64,000 nucleotides of DNA, taken from Harriotta raleighana. Its lineage: Eukaryota. Each line of letters opens with the position of its first letter. Positions within the stretch are counted from its first letter, which is position 1. The position numbers were made by a program, and so were the translations under genes. The stretch is taken from positions 117,846-181,845 of the forward strand of contig JBNZDD010013595.1 of NCBI GenBank assembly GCA_050575255.1. The letters run 5' to 3'. The notes under the pieces are model-generated. The model ran no database searches. It had not been told where the DNA came from and saw only the letters and a list, made by a program, of their open reading frames with translations. This document shows positions 1-10,745 of this stretch, one piece after another.

Positions 1-147
1 TCCTCCTTGCTCCCACCCTCCCCCTCCCCCCTCGCCCCGAACATTTCCCCCTGCTCGGGTCTTAAATCATCTGTCCAGCGCCTTGGGACGTCCTCCTGAC
101 GTGAAACGCGCTCTATAAATGTAATTTTGTTGTTGTTGTTGTTGTTG
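1..147 (+). mobile_element. L2-clade LINE 3' end (tail type C), (TTG)n tail
   Basis: C-rich 3'UTR, then cagcgccttgggacgtcctcctgacgtgaaacgcgctctataaatgtaatttt(gtt)n; closely matches the minus-strand copies at 50750-50938 and 51644-51832. Confidence 0.85.
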
Positions 148-734
148 TATGTATGGATTAGCCCATCATAAAAGGGATGGCAAAATACCCATCCATTGTA
201 AAGTAGTACCAACACAATATTTCATCTGGAGACTGGAGACTGAAGCTTTTTTCTTTGTCAAAATTTGAATTTAATTGCAATGCAGAGAATAGGTCGCAAG
301 ATGATTTTGAAACTTCCTCATCTGGCATGAATGAGCTTGTAAGACTCAACCACCAACAAAACAATACAATCATAATGGTCCCACTGCATCGCAGCAATGT
401 TAATCTATATCTTTGAATGTTGACAATGTTAAGATGAGACGATTGGTCAATTTCAAGGTTTGAGCATTTGTGAAAATATATGTGCACTAATTGCCTGTGT
501 TGATGGTTTTGTGTTTTCTCTTGGAACAGAATAAGGGAGTGAGTGAATCCTTTGTGACATATTGCAAACTGTTTTCTGTTTTGGCTTCACATACAATAGC
601 ACCCACGCAATTGCTTACTTTTGTTATATATCAGCAGAGTCAACTTTTATCCCATTAGGTTTATGCCCAATGGCCACAGATAAACAGAATGTCACCTCCT
701 CCCACACCATCTATTTTCATGAAAAATGAAACTA

Positions 735-960
735 GCTCTCGCACTCTATTACTGAGTCAGGAGTATATGGGTTTAAGCCTTACTTCAGGACTTTGAACAC
801 AGTTTACACTGAAACTCCTTTATCGTGTTGGGGGAGTGCTGCAGTACTGGAGGTTGGATGAGATGCTAAGCTGAAGTCATCACTTACCTGTTCAGTTGGA
901 TGTAAAAGATCCCACTATTTGAAAAGAGAAGGAATTGTCTCTCACTGTCCTGGCCAAATT
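735..960 (+). mobile_element. Old Deu-domain SINE (SacSINE1/AmnSINE1-like), decayed
   Basis: ctgagtcagga head, gggagtgctgca, ggatgagatgctaa, ggatgtaaaagatccca, tgtcctggccaa occur in the order of the recalled Deu-SINE consensus; homologous to 3238-3545. Confidence 0.7.
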
Positions 961-1237
961 GGTCATTCGTTTTTCTTTTCAAGCAGTGGGGTTCCTTAAG
1001 CTAGTTAACAAATTAGCTGTTTGGATTTTGTGAAAGTTGCAAGCTTTTTTCATTTATTGTCAAATTCTTTCTGTGGGCAATGATGAGCAGACTTCTGTTC
1101 TGTTCACAGTATTAATAATGTGGAGCACTTCTATAAAGCTTCCTCATCCTATGAAGCTAATGGGCAAGTGACTAATGAAAGGAGTACAGTATTCAAGAAG
1201 GTCAGAATCAATAGCAGAGACAGATGGATCTTAGTAA

Positions 1238-1352
1238 TATAATAATAATAATCCTTGCATTTGATATAGCGCTTTTCACATCTTATCAACGTCCCAAAGC
1301 GCTTCACAGAATATACTGTAAAGTGAATTGACTGTACATTTGTGGGCGGAAC
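1238..1352 (-). mobile_element. Young tRNA-SINE (family S1), 3' fragment
   Basis: (aat)n ccttgcatttgatatagcgcttttcacatcttatcaacgtcccaaagcgcttcacag..., near-identical to the tails at 4381 and 41741. Confidence 0.9.
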
Positions 1353-2094
1353 AGTACTTAGTACAGACATTGTAAATTAAGACAAGAAACTTTATACTGA
1401 ATGAAGGCAGGTGAATTTAAAAGAAGCAGAGAAGGTATAGAATTTTAGTGTGAATACCGATTATTCACAGAAGGTTTCAGTGAATCTGAAGCAGTTAATA
1501 CATTTCATTAAATACTAGCTTGCACCCTGACAGCATTTGATTCTAAGTAGGGCTGTAATTATTCCATGGTGAATTTTGGAGAAAATCATGGATTAGCTAT
1601 GGTAAAAATGTTAAAAGACAGACAAATCATAGAATGTCCGATTTGCAGAGTGTTCAGATCATGGAAGAGATGTAAACAGATCGACTTCTCTTGGTGCCTT
1701 TGGCCTAACCTAAGCTCAAACAGCCAATTATTGTTAATTGCCATAAATAGCCACCACAGAGGAGTTGTCCTTACATAAGAGAGTGGACTAAATTAAAAAC
1801 AGTGAGGGCAAAAGTGATGGACAGTTAGCTGTGATCTATGGCATTGGCAGAACACAAGTTGGATGAATACATGACAGCTTTTGTTTTAATGTGACATGGC
1901 CTTTATTTTAATGAGATTGCGAAGTATAGTTGTTGAATGTTTTATCACCCGAGCCCATTACCAATGATCTTAACGTTAAATCAATGACCCGAATCACCCG
2001 ACCTATTTCAGTAATCAAGTCACCTCCCTAAGTAGGTAACTTTTGCCCAGTCGCTTGAGTGAGGGGATTAGTGAGGTTCTACAGTAATTGTGTG

Positions 2095-2400
2095 TCTGTA
2101 GATGAATGTGGCAAATAATCTGCACACAGCATCGTCCCACATGGAGCCAGGAGATAAATTACTAATGTGTTATCTAGAGAATTTTTGGCCAACAAACCGG
2201 CAGAAACTTTATTTCCTTTTCAAATAATGTCTTAGGATCTCTTAACAAATATCATTTCAAGCAGAGATGACCTTGCCTTAACATTTCATCCAAACAACAG
2301 GACCACTGACAATGCAGCATTGCATGAGCTCAATGTCCCAATGTGGGGATTTTAAGCACAGCCTCTGACTTCCAAAGTAAGAGTGTGACCAACTAAGACA
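2095..2400 (-). mobile_element. Old Deu-domain SINE, decayed
   Basis: Reverse-strand blocks tgcacacagc..cccaca, catccaaa, gacaatgcagca, and head remnant ctctgact..agagtgtgaccaactaag. Confidence 0.55.
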
Positions 2401-3237
2401 GGCTTTCACACAATGGACTTGATATGTTCTCGTGTCTTTTTGTCTTCTTTAGGCTGAAAAATGACATACAATATGATTAACACCATTGATATTGTTACAT
2501 TATTGGATTTTCCACTTGTGGCAATACAGGTAGAGTTGCATACAAGAAGAGTCTTATCTTTATAAATCGTATATTTCTCATATTTGTACATGCACCTGAG
2601 TCCCATTGAGTTTCCTACCAAAGCCACATGGATTTCTCTGCACTAGTCGTATTTTCTAAGCAAATCATCCACTAACTCGTAACTCACTTACTGTCTTCAT
2701 TGATTCGTGGAAAACGTAGTCTTGACCCATCGCCACATGCCCAGAAGAACTGTGTTTCCCATCATTCAATGCAATTTCCAATGCTTGCTTGTAGGTGCAG
2801 ATGTGGCAATGGATCAAGTTACATTAAATTACAGGAATTGTAGGTCCGTCAAATTCTTTATCTCGACTTTACGTCACTACAAGGCAAGAAGCAGCACTGT
2901 TTGTGGGATGAATCCCTGAGATTTTTTTTAACAAAAATATCCTCGTGAAATGTGAGGGTAAATCCATAGTGCATATTATTAAATATTCTAAATACAGTAC
3001 TCATTTTGAAGTTACTATTTTCTATAGCAAAGCATATTTTGATGGTTATCTAATAGAACTGTGTAGTTGATTTTACTGCAGTGTATAACTATATGGGTGC
3101 ACAGCAAACATTTGTGGTCTTGTTTCTTCCTATTATTTTCAAAGCATTTTTGCAACTTTACATTAGCTGGAAAACCACTAAGTGTATATTAGATTGAGTG
3201 TCCACTTACACAGCTATGGATCTGCCTGACAGTGAGG

Positions 3238-3545
3238 ATCAGTTGGTAGCTTTCTTACCTCTGAGTCAGAAGTTTGTATCTTCAAGCCCCATGTCAGAAC
3301 TGTGAACTCACAGTCTTGACTGACAACCAGTAGCGCTGCATTGTCAGAAGCGCTGTACTTCGGACAGGACATTAAACCAAGTTCCCATCCATCCCTGTTA
3401 GGTGGATGTTAGTGATCCTATGGCACTATTCATAAAGGATCTCCTGGTGTCCTGGACAATATTCTCCCAGATTACATTGGTCATCCATTTCATGTGTATT
3501 TAGGGGCGTTTCTAGATGCAAATTGGCTGCTGCATTTATCTCCAA
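3238..3545 (+). mobile_element. Old Deu-domain SINE, near full length
   Basis: tcagttggtagc..cctctgagtcagaag head, gctgcattgtcagaag, cattaaacc, aggtggatgt..gatcctatggcactatt, ggtgtcctgg, caaattggctgc. Confidence 0.75.
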
Positions 3546-4380
3546 AATACAGGGTTGTAACTACATTTTTCAGTAAATCCCCTGGAGCCCCTATGACATG
3601 TCTCAACAACGTGGTATCAAATCTTTGTATCAAATGTAAGGGTTATTAATAACCATCCCACAGGCTTGTAAAAAAGGACAGATAGATGATTCAAGTAACT
3701 TGAACAGGCCTATATCTAGGATTCTATTTCCTTTCCAAGAGTCTGCAAGGCACTATGGATGGGGCTCTGTTCACCGTAGTCACTGTACATGACTGTGAAG
3801 TTGGATAAGGCATGAATACATTAATTCATTTATACGATCCATTTCTGAATAAACACATAGCTTAGGTTTTGCAGAGAAGTAATTTGAGCCACAGAGTAAG
3901 CTTTACTTGCAGCTTCAATAAACACAATTGCATTGCTTTTTCTGGCAGATATCCCCCCTCCCCTTTTTAAAAAAGTTTCAAGAAAAATTAAGCCTTTCAT
4001 GTTACATTGAATGTAATTACAGTCAGATATCAGACATATTACAGTAAGTACTCTTTATGCCAGGCAACCTGACTGAGTTAATGAATCTCCATTAATCAGC
4101 AAAATACCATTTCTTGCATTCACTCCACGACTGAGACAATTCCAATAGTATTGCAGCCCAAATATCATCTTTGCATTTTTTAAAAAAGGAAACAGAAGAA
4201 TAAGAGATATTATTCAATACAATTACTACAATATTATGAATTATGTTGAACCAAGCAGCCATATTTTTTCCTCTGAGTGAGTTGCCTATCAATAAAGCAT
4301 GGAGGGGTTTTGAGACTGTTGCTCCAGTATTCAAGAGTGTGTCACCTCTTTTGGGGTGGAGGGGTAAGTGAGACGTCCTT

Positions 4381-4589
4381 AATAATAATAATAATAATCC
4401 TTGCATTTGATATAGCGCTTTTCACATCTTATCAACGTCCCAAAGCGCTTCACAGAATATACTGTAAATTGAATTGACTGTACATTTGTGGGCGGAACGC
4501 GGCAGCCAATTGCGCACAGCAGTGTCCCACAAACAGCCGTGGATTGAAATGACCAATTTTATTATTGTGTTGTTTTTTTTTGGAGGGAT
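4381..4589 (-). mobile_element. Family S1 SINE, 5'-truncated, with 8-bp TSD acgtcctt
   Basis: High identity to 41741-41936; acgtcctt at 4373-4380 and 4605-4612. Confidence 0.9.
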
Positions 4590-4829
4590 AGCCAATTCAT
4601 CTCCACGTCCTTGGAGATGAATTGGCTATCAGGTGACAACCGTGGGATTGAAATATCAGAATCGAATCAATCCTTTGTGGCAGACTTAGAAATCTGGTTC
4701 CTGAGCCAGACATGTCTGCTGTACTTCAGGACACTAACAATGACAGATGAAAAGCTTGGCTCATTGGCAGGCCTTAGAGATGCGCTTGGGGCAGAGTCTT
4801 CCCACTCAATTCCCATTAATCCTGCAAGC

Positions 4830-4997
4830 TAAAGCTCCCAAAGGATAGGATGATCCTAGTTGGACAAGTAGCAGGAAGCTTGCCAGACAGTGCTTTCAAT
4901 GGCAAGCTAAATGGTTTTAGCTGGGTAAATTACAGCAGTACCTCAATGAACACTCCTAAGGTCCCCAAGCCTTGCCAACAATAGGCAGCATCTAATA
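4830..4997 (+). repeat. Unclassified old dispersed repeat (family X), left part
   Basis: tcctagttggacaagtagcaggaagcttgccagaca..caatggcaa..gttttagctg aligns by eye to 49960-50120 and, in part, 16350-16430. Confidence 0.7.
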
Positions 4998-5500
4998 CAG
5001 TTATTCCTCACTTAACGTTGTAGTTGGGTTCCTGAAAAGTGTGACTTTAAGTGAAATGACGTTAAGTGAACACTTTTCCCATAAGAATTAATGTATAAAC
5101 TGGATTTAGGTTCTTTTGGACATTTTTCATCAAACGTTTCTAAAAAAAAACATTATAAATTGAAATACATGTACATTCATAATGCAAAATATAAAATATT
5201 TAAAAAAAATTAAACAACATAACACTCATGGCATCAAAACAGTTTAAAACATCTTATTTCATTTCGAGAGTAATAGTTTTCCTGTTTTTTTACTACCAGA
5301 CTCACCAATGTCACTTCCTGGGCATTTTTGACTCATGTTTATAGAGGAAATAAACAAATAAGCACAAATAAATCACGATAAAAAAAATGACCAATCTCAT
5401 ACCGGCGCACAAATTTAAAATAGCGATATTAAGACTGAGGATGGATGCTGCATCAGAGTACCGGATGGTGGCCTACGCTACCAAAACTACAGTAGTTTGT
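4998..5500. mobile_element. Tigger/pogo-like DNA transposon remnant, one terminus visible
   Basis: TA followed by cagttattcctcacttaacgttgtag; the first ~160 bp are the diverged reverse complement of 8070-8233; the right boundary was not found. Confidence 0.65.
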
Positions 5501-5859
5501 TTCCACCCTACTTTGTCTTTAATAATAATAATATTACTGTAGTAAGCAATCAATCCAATGCACTTCCCTTCTGTCTGGTTGAATTTTCACTGTTTGGTAA
5601 CATTTCTGAGCTGGAGAGGCTGATTGAATTAATAAGTGAGTTTTACAAAATCATAATAGGTCACTTTGCTGATACTCTTGTGCTCCACTAACTTAAATCC
5701 CGTTAGGCCATAGCTTTACTTGTTTTAATTTGGTTTAGTTGTTCTGTGTCAGACTGCGAGTTGAAGCCCCACAAGAAGAAGTAAGATCACAACCTCGACT
5801 AACTCAACAGTAATACTATGCTAAATTGAACTTGAGTATTTCAACTCAAATAATTTGTA

Positions 5860-6170
5860 TTATGTAGCAGCGCACTTCATGTAGGATAATGTTTCGAGTG
5901 GGTCACAGACTGTACATGCAATCAAAGTTTTAGGTATTCAGATCTTATTTAGAGTTCGGTATATATGGGGTAAGATGGAGGCATAGGGATCTGATGTTCT
6001 AGATGTCTGATGCCAGACATGTCAGCCACTAATAGAGGGGAAAGGAGCAAGGGACAGGTTTGCCAAGTTTGCCTAGTGGAGGGGAATGGAGATGAAGAGC
6101 ACAGAGGTAGGGAGGTGCTAGGTTGTGAAGGGATTCATAGGTGAGGTTGAGCACTTTGAAATCCACAATA
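5860..6170 (-). mobile_element. Very old L2 3' fragment
   Basis: Purine-rich plus strand with agaggtagggaggtgctagg..gaagggattcataggtgagg..ctttgaaatc, matching the minus-strand L2 KFKILxLxxKxLHxLAPxYL region. Confidence 0.45.
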
Positions 6171-7190
6171 ATGAATCCTTATAACATGGCTTAGAACATC
6201 GATTGCTTTGTATTTTGCTCTCAGAAATACTCATATCCGATACCAATGGGCTATGAGTACCACACAGTGTCAGATAAATAGCGCAAAATGTAACAATTGA
6301 GTTTCTGTATTATCAGTTAAAGGGTTAGGTCAAATAAAGGACGGATGTTTTATCACAGGTAGAAGGGAGAGCATAAGCAGTCATCCAGTTATTCATGTGC
6401 ACGCCGTTGTGACTGGTGACAAAGTGGTGCAGAAGGAAGGTAATCAGCTTATATTTGGTGTGCAGGCAGAGAAGCAAGAGAAAATAGATTGGAAGAAGGA
6501 ATGAGTTTTTTTCCTTCAAAGATTCATTGCATCTGTCCTAGATTATTACACAAAAGCTTAAATTGCTTTACATTTGGCAGCTTATATTTGTGCCTTTGAA
6601 AGCAAATGGTTAGAACAATCGAAATAGAGCAATCCAGGCAAGTGGAAAATATCTGGATGGATGGTCAACGTCAAATGTTTTATAATCGTTGCCTGCTTGA
6701 CCGTTCTAAATTGCATTATGGTAATAAGTGTAGCATATGATTTAATTAAAAGGCTGAATTATCCTATTATCTCAGGAAACAGGAGTTTGTTCCATTAAAA
6801 GCTTCACAAGTACAGTTTTGTGTATATTGAAATGCTTTTTTTTCTTCCAGTTATGCTGCCAAAATGTATATGATGGGGCTATTAGCTCATTTAATACGTG
6901 GTTTGGGATATATTCATAGAATAATAGGGCAAGGACATGGGCCACTTGGCCTAGCTAGTCTGTGCTGATGTTTATATTCCACGTAAGCCTCCATCCCTCA
7001 TTTCCCTCTCCTTTTACCTTCTCTTCGCCTCTCCCTCACACATTCGTCAAATTTCTTCTTAAGTACATTGATATTTGCTTTCAATTACAATCACTATATT
7101 TCACAGTAAAATACAATAATCCCTGTATTTGAAATTGAGCCTTATCAATTCATTAAAACAACTCAAAGCCTTCACAGAATATATTGTAAA

Positions 7191-7498
7191 GTGGAGCCCT
7201 GTAGCTCAGTGGTTAGAGCATTCGCTTTGCAAGTGTGGGATCTATGTTCGAATCCAGGCAGGTCAGAGTGAAACCTTTTGCAATTTTCCTTACTCCACAC
7301 ACCTAATAATAATAATCCTTCAAAAAAAATTAAATTGGTCCTTTCAATCCATGACTGTTTGTGGGACTCTGTAATTGGCTACTGTGTCTCGCCCACAAAT
7401 ATACAGTTAATTCACTTTACAGTATATTCTATGAAGCGCTTTGAGACATCTATAAGACTTGAAGGACATTATATCAAATGGTAGGATTATTATTATTG
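7191..7498 (+). mobile_element. Family S1 SINE, full length, nested in an older opposite-strand S1 copy (7115-7525)
   Basis: gtggagccctgtagctcagtggttagagca (A box), gttcgaatcc (B box), body and (tta)n tail; the flanks join into a continuous minus-strand S1 tail. Confidence 0.9.
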
Positions 7499-7772
7499 TT
7501 GACTGTGCATTTGTAAGTGAAATGTTTCAGTGTTTTTCCAGTGTCTTTTTCCAGTGTCCTGCCATTTTTTTTGAGGATTATTTCTGGAGGCTTAAAAGGA
7601 AGTAACTTTGACTGCTTGGCTCCCAATTTCTTCCAATCGACTAACAACCTAGTTCGTACTTACTGTTAGGTAAGCAAAAGCGTGTAGATTAAGGAAACTT
7701 GCTTAATGTTTTCCTCCATCCACGAATCAAGCCCGTGGGTGTTCTTTGCTTGTAAGGCTAGAGTGCTAAGTA

Positions 7773-8233
7773 CAGGTAGACCCCACTTAACGTCGCCTCA
7801 GTTAACGTTTTTTTGTTATTACGTTGCTGATACATTGGGAACATATATTCATTTAACGTTGCGATGTTTGTTATTACGTCGTTGGCTAGTGGGTGGAAAG
7901 CGGGCACGACGGCACTCTGAACCTGGGAGTGAGCCAGTCCAGCAGGGAGAGAGAGCCAACCGGCAGCGAGTGAGGCCCGCAACGAGTGAGTGAGACCGGC
8001 TGCGAGTGAGTGAGCTGGGCAGACAGTCAGGGAGCAAGTGAGTGAGTCAGGCAGGCAGTCAGGGAGCGAGTATAATGATTTTGTTTTAGAAAATTTTGAT
8101 GAAAAATGTCCAAAAGAACCTAACTCCAGTTTTTGCATTCATTCTTATGGGAAAAATGTATTCGCTGAATGTCGTTTTGCTTAAAGTCACACTTTGCAAG
8201 AACCAAACTACAACGTTAAGTGGGATCTACCTA
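7773..8233. mobile_element. Tigger/pogo-like MITE with TIRs and TA target duplication
   Basis: TA|caggtagaccccacttaacgt ... acgttaagtgggatctaccta|TA; no transposase; internal gagt-rich repeats. Confidence 0.85.
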
Positions 8234-8699
8234 TACTATACTACAGGACTCTAAATCATGTGAAGCAGTTTGAAACGTTTTGACAATGTGATAAGGTGCT
8301 GCATCAAATGCATTTTACAATAATTGATATTGCCTACAGTATAATTCCTAAAATGATCTATGCATCATCCAAAACGGGAGCAATTATTTTGATCTGCTTA
8401 TGAAATTGCAATATTGATAGTTTGAATAATTGTTGCATATTCACCTTAAAATGTTGGGCCTTTTGCTGTAGAAATATTATACAGTAATTTCTGAAATAAG
8501 AATTTAATTCCAATGATATTCATGTCCATTTTGGTTCAAATGGACTGAGTTATTTAGGGAAGATTTGTGGTTATGGCAGCAAAATATCTTCAGTCAGAGA
8601 ACTTGAAACACAGCTGCATCATTACTGTTTTATTTTAAAAGCTTTATTAGTTTTATAACAATTGACTCAAGGTTTGCATATCAAATATGGCACTTTTTG

Positions 8700-9010
8700 A
8701 TATGGCACTTTTCACATCAGGAGGATTTCTCAGAGAGCTTTATGAGATTTATTTTAAAGTGTACTGTGCATTTTGAATATGAATAGGACCCCAATATGCA
8801 CACAGCAATGCCCCATAACTAACCACAAAGTGCGTGGGATTGCTTCCCAGGACACTAGAAGAAATTCCCTCTATTTTCCAATAGTAATGTGAGGTCTTTA
8901 ACATCCACCTATACAGGCACACAGGACCTCGATTCTGCCTCTTATCTGAAGATCTGCACCTCCAACAATGCGGCACTGCATTGGAGTGTCAGTTGGACTG
9001 TGAACTCAAG
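8700..9010 (-). mobile_element. Old Deu-domain SINE
   Basis: Minus-strand tail, tgcacacagcaa, ccaggacac, tctttaacatccacct, gcacctccaacaatgcggcact, ggagtgtcag. Confidence 0.7.
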
Positions 9011-10274
9011 GTCATGATGTTCAAATTTCAACAAGGATATTCAACTTTCCACAAAGATATTTTTGGTATTTCATTAATTGACCTCAAAAGGGATAAAGAG
9101 CTGAACAGATTTGAAATCAGAACTTTCTAGTCCTATGCCCGGTACTGAAGTGAGTGAGGAGGCTTAAAATGAATTAACTTTTGACTGTTTTGCTCCCAAC
9201 TTCTTCCAATTACAGTATTCCCAACCCACCAGTATCACTTTATAGCAGTAATAAAATGACAGGGACCTAAATGAATTACCTATTAGCTCTTTCGTGAGGA
9301 TCAGACCAGTGACCAGTGAATGAGATGTAATTCCTTACATCAAAGAGTAATTGCAAGCCATCTGGCCTCAATTTTTCCGAGATATTACCCTGGAGATAAG
9401 AAAAGAAAACAAATTGGCAGAAAAGTAAAAAGATCGTACTTCAAACAACTGGAGGTCTGCAATCATGTTTGTTTTTCCCTGTATTTCCTGCAATATATTA
9501 ACATCAGTTAATTCTTTCCCCCAAAAAACTTGCAGACAATTCTAATGATTTTACCTTGTATTGGACTGTAAGGCATTTTGTTACACAAATGACATTTGTT
9601 CCTGTCGCCCATATTTACCACAGCCATTTTAATTTGTCTCACTTCTTATTTGCTTACTTCGATGCTTCAGTTAATGTCTACCCACAACAATTATATGTTG
9701 AGGTTTACTAGATACCTGTATACTGCAATGTTTTGTTTTGAAAATAGCAGAGATTTCTACTCTCGAGTGAAGGGTGATAAAATTATACGATTAAAAGTTT
9801 TTCCTCTTTTATTATCTGCATGCAACACTGTATATTCCAAAGACCTTCTGCATTACTGCCATTTTTCCTGAACGTTTTCTAAAACGCACCTCCCTCACTT
9901 TTCCCCCCTTGTCTCCCATGCCTACTCTGCCTTCACCTCTGTACCATATAATTCTCAATACCTACCTCATGAATTCTGGTGAAGTGTGGCTCATTTCTGG
10001 CTCATAGTATTCTAGCACTGTTTAGCAAGTTCTGAGTTTTACTCTACATTTGTCTAATAAGAAACCATGATCCCGATACCTGAATGCTGTAATTGTCTTA
10101 TCTATCCTAAATCATAGAAATAGCAACTGAAATAACTGTGACAGAGGCAGGGACTAAATGCATTTATTGCGGCGGATTAAACATCCCAGTTATAATAAAA
10201 AACTATGCAAACTATCAAAGAATTGAGCCATTTTAATTAAATCCAGGTTGCTTTAGCAATATAATAGCTATCCT

Positions 10275-10745
10275 TACATTTAAAAATAGCACATTTCACA
10301 ATAGATATCCTTCTCAATGTGCATTCACTGGATTTTACATGAAAGTGCCTATTTTGTAGATGAATGTAGCAGCCAATTTGCACACAGCAAGGTCCCACAA
10401 ACAGCAATGAATTGAATGGCCATTTTTATCTTGTGGGAATTGTTGGCCTGGCGATCATAACAAAAGGCTTTCCCTTTTTAGATAATGGCATGGAATTTGA
10501 GATCTATCTCAAAAGGCAGCCAGAACGGTTTAACATCTCATCCAAAGGCATGGTTGGGTGGGTAGTCTGGAAGAATGAGATATAATGGGCCAAAGGGCCT
10601 TCTTCAGCTGAACTAATCTTGTGAACTTGTCACCAACAATACAAGCTCTCAGCTCTGAATTAGAGTGTCAACCTAGATTGTGTGTTCAAAGTCCCACACA
10701 GGGCCTTGATCTCATAATCTTCTGATTGAGAAGTGAGAGTGGAAA
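10275..10745 (-). mobile_element. Old Deu-domain SINE interrupted by a plus-strand CR1-type 3' tail (~10545-10630)
   Basis: gcagccaatttgcacacagcaaggtcccacaaacagcaatga, ggtttaacatctcatccaaag, and the head after 10630; the insert atgggccaaagggccttctt..cttgtgaacttgt resembles 42575-42625. Confidence 0.7.

Noticed and set aside
158-487. 109-aa minus-strand ORF
   Set aside because: No recognisable domain, no convincing splice context, and a length expected by chance in 64 kb
7191-7265. tRNA-like sequence with A and B boxes (also at 19098, 32040, 41985, 45499)
   Set aside because: No closing acceptor stem, and it continues into the SINE body; these are SINE heads, not tRNA genes
7758-8138. ORFs with repetitive SLxxCL/SLAAG pattern
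   Set aside because: They arise from gagt-rich internal repeats of the MITE; no transposase motifs
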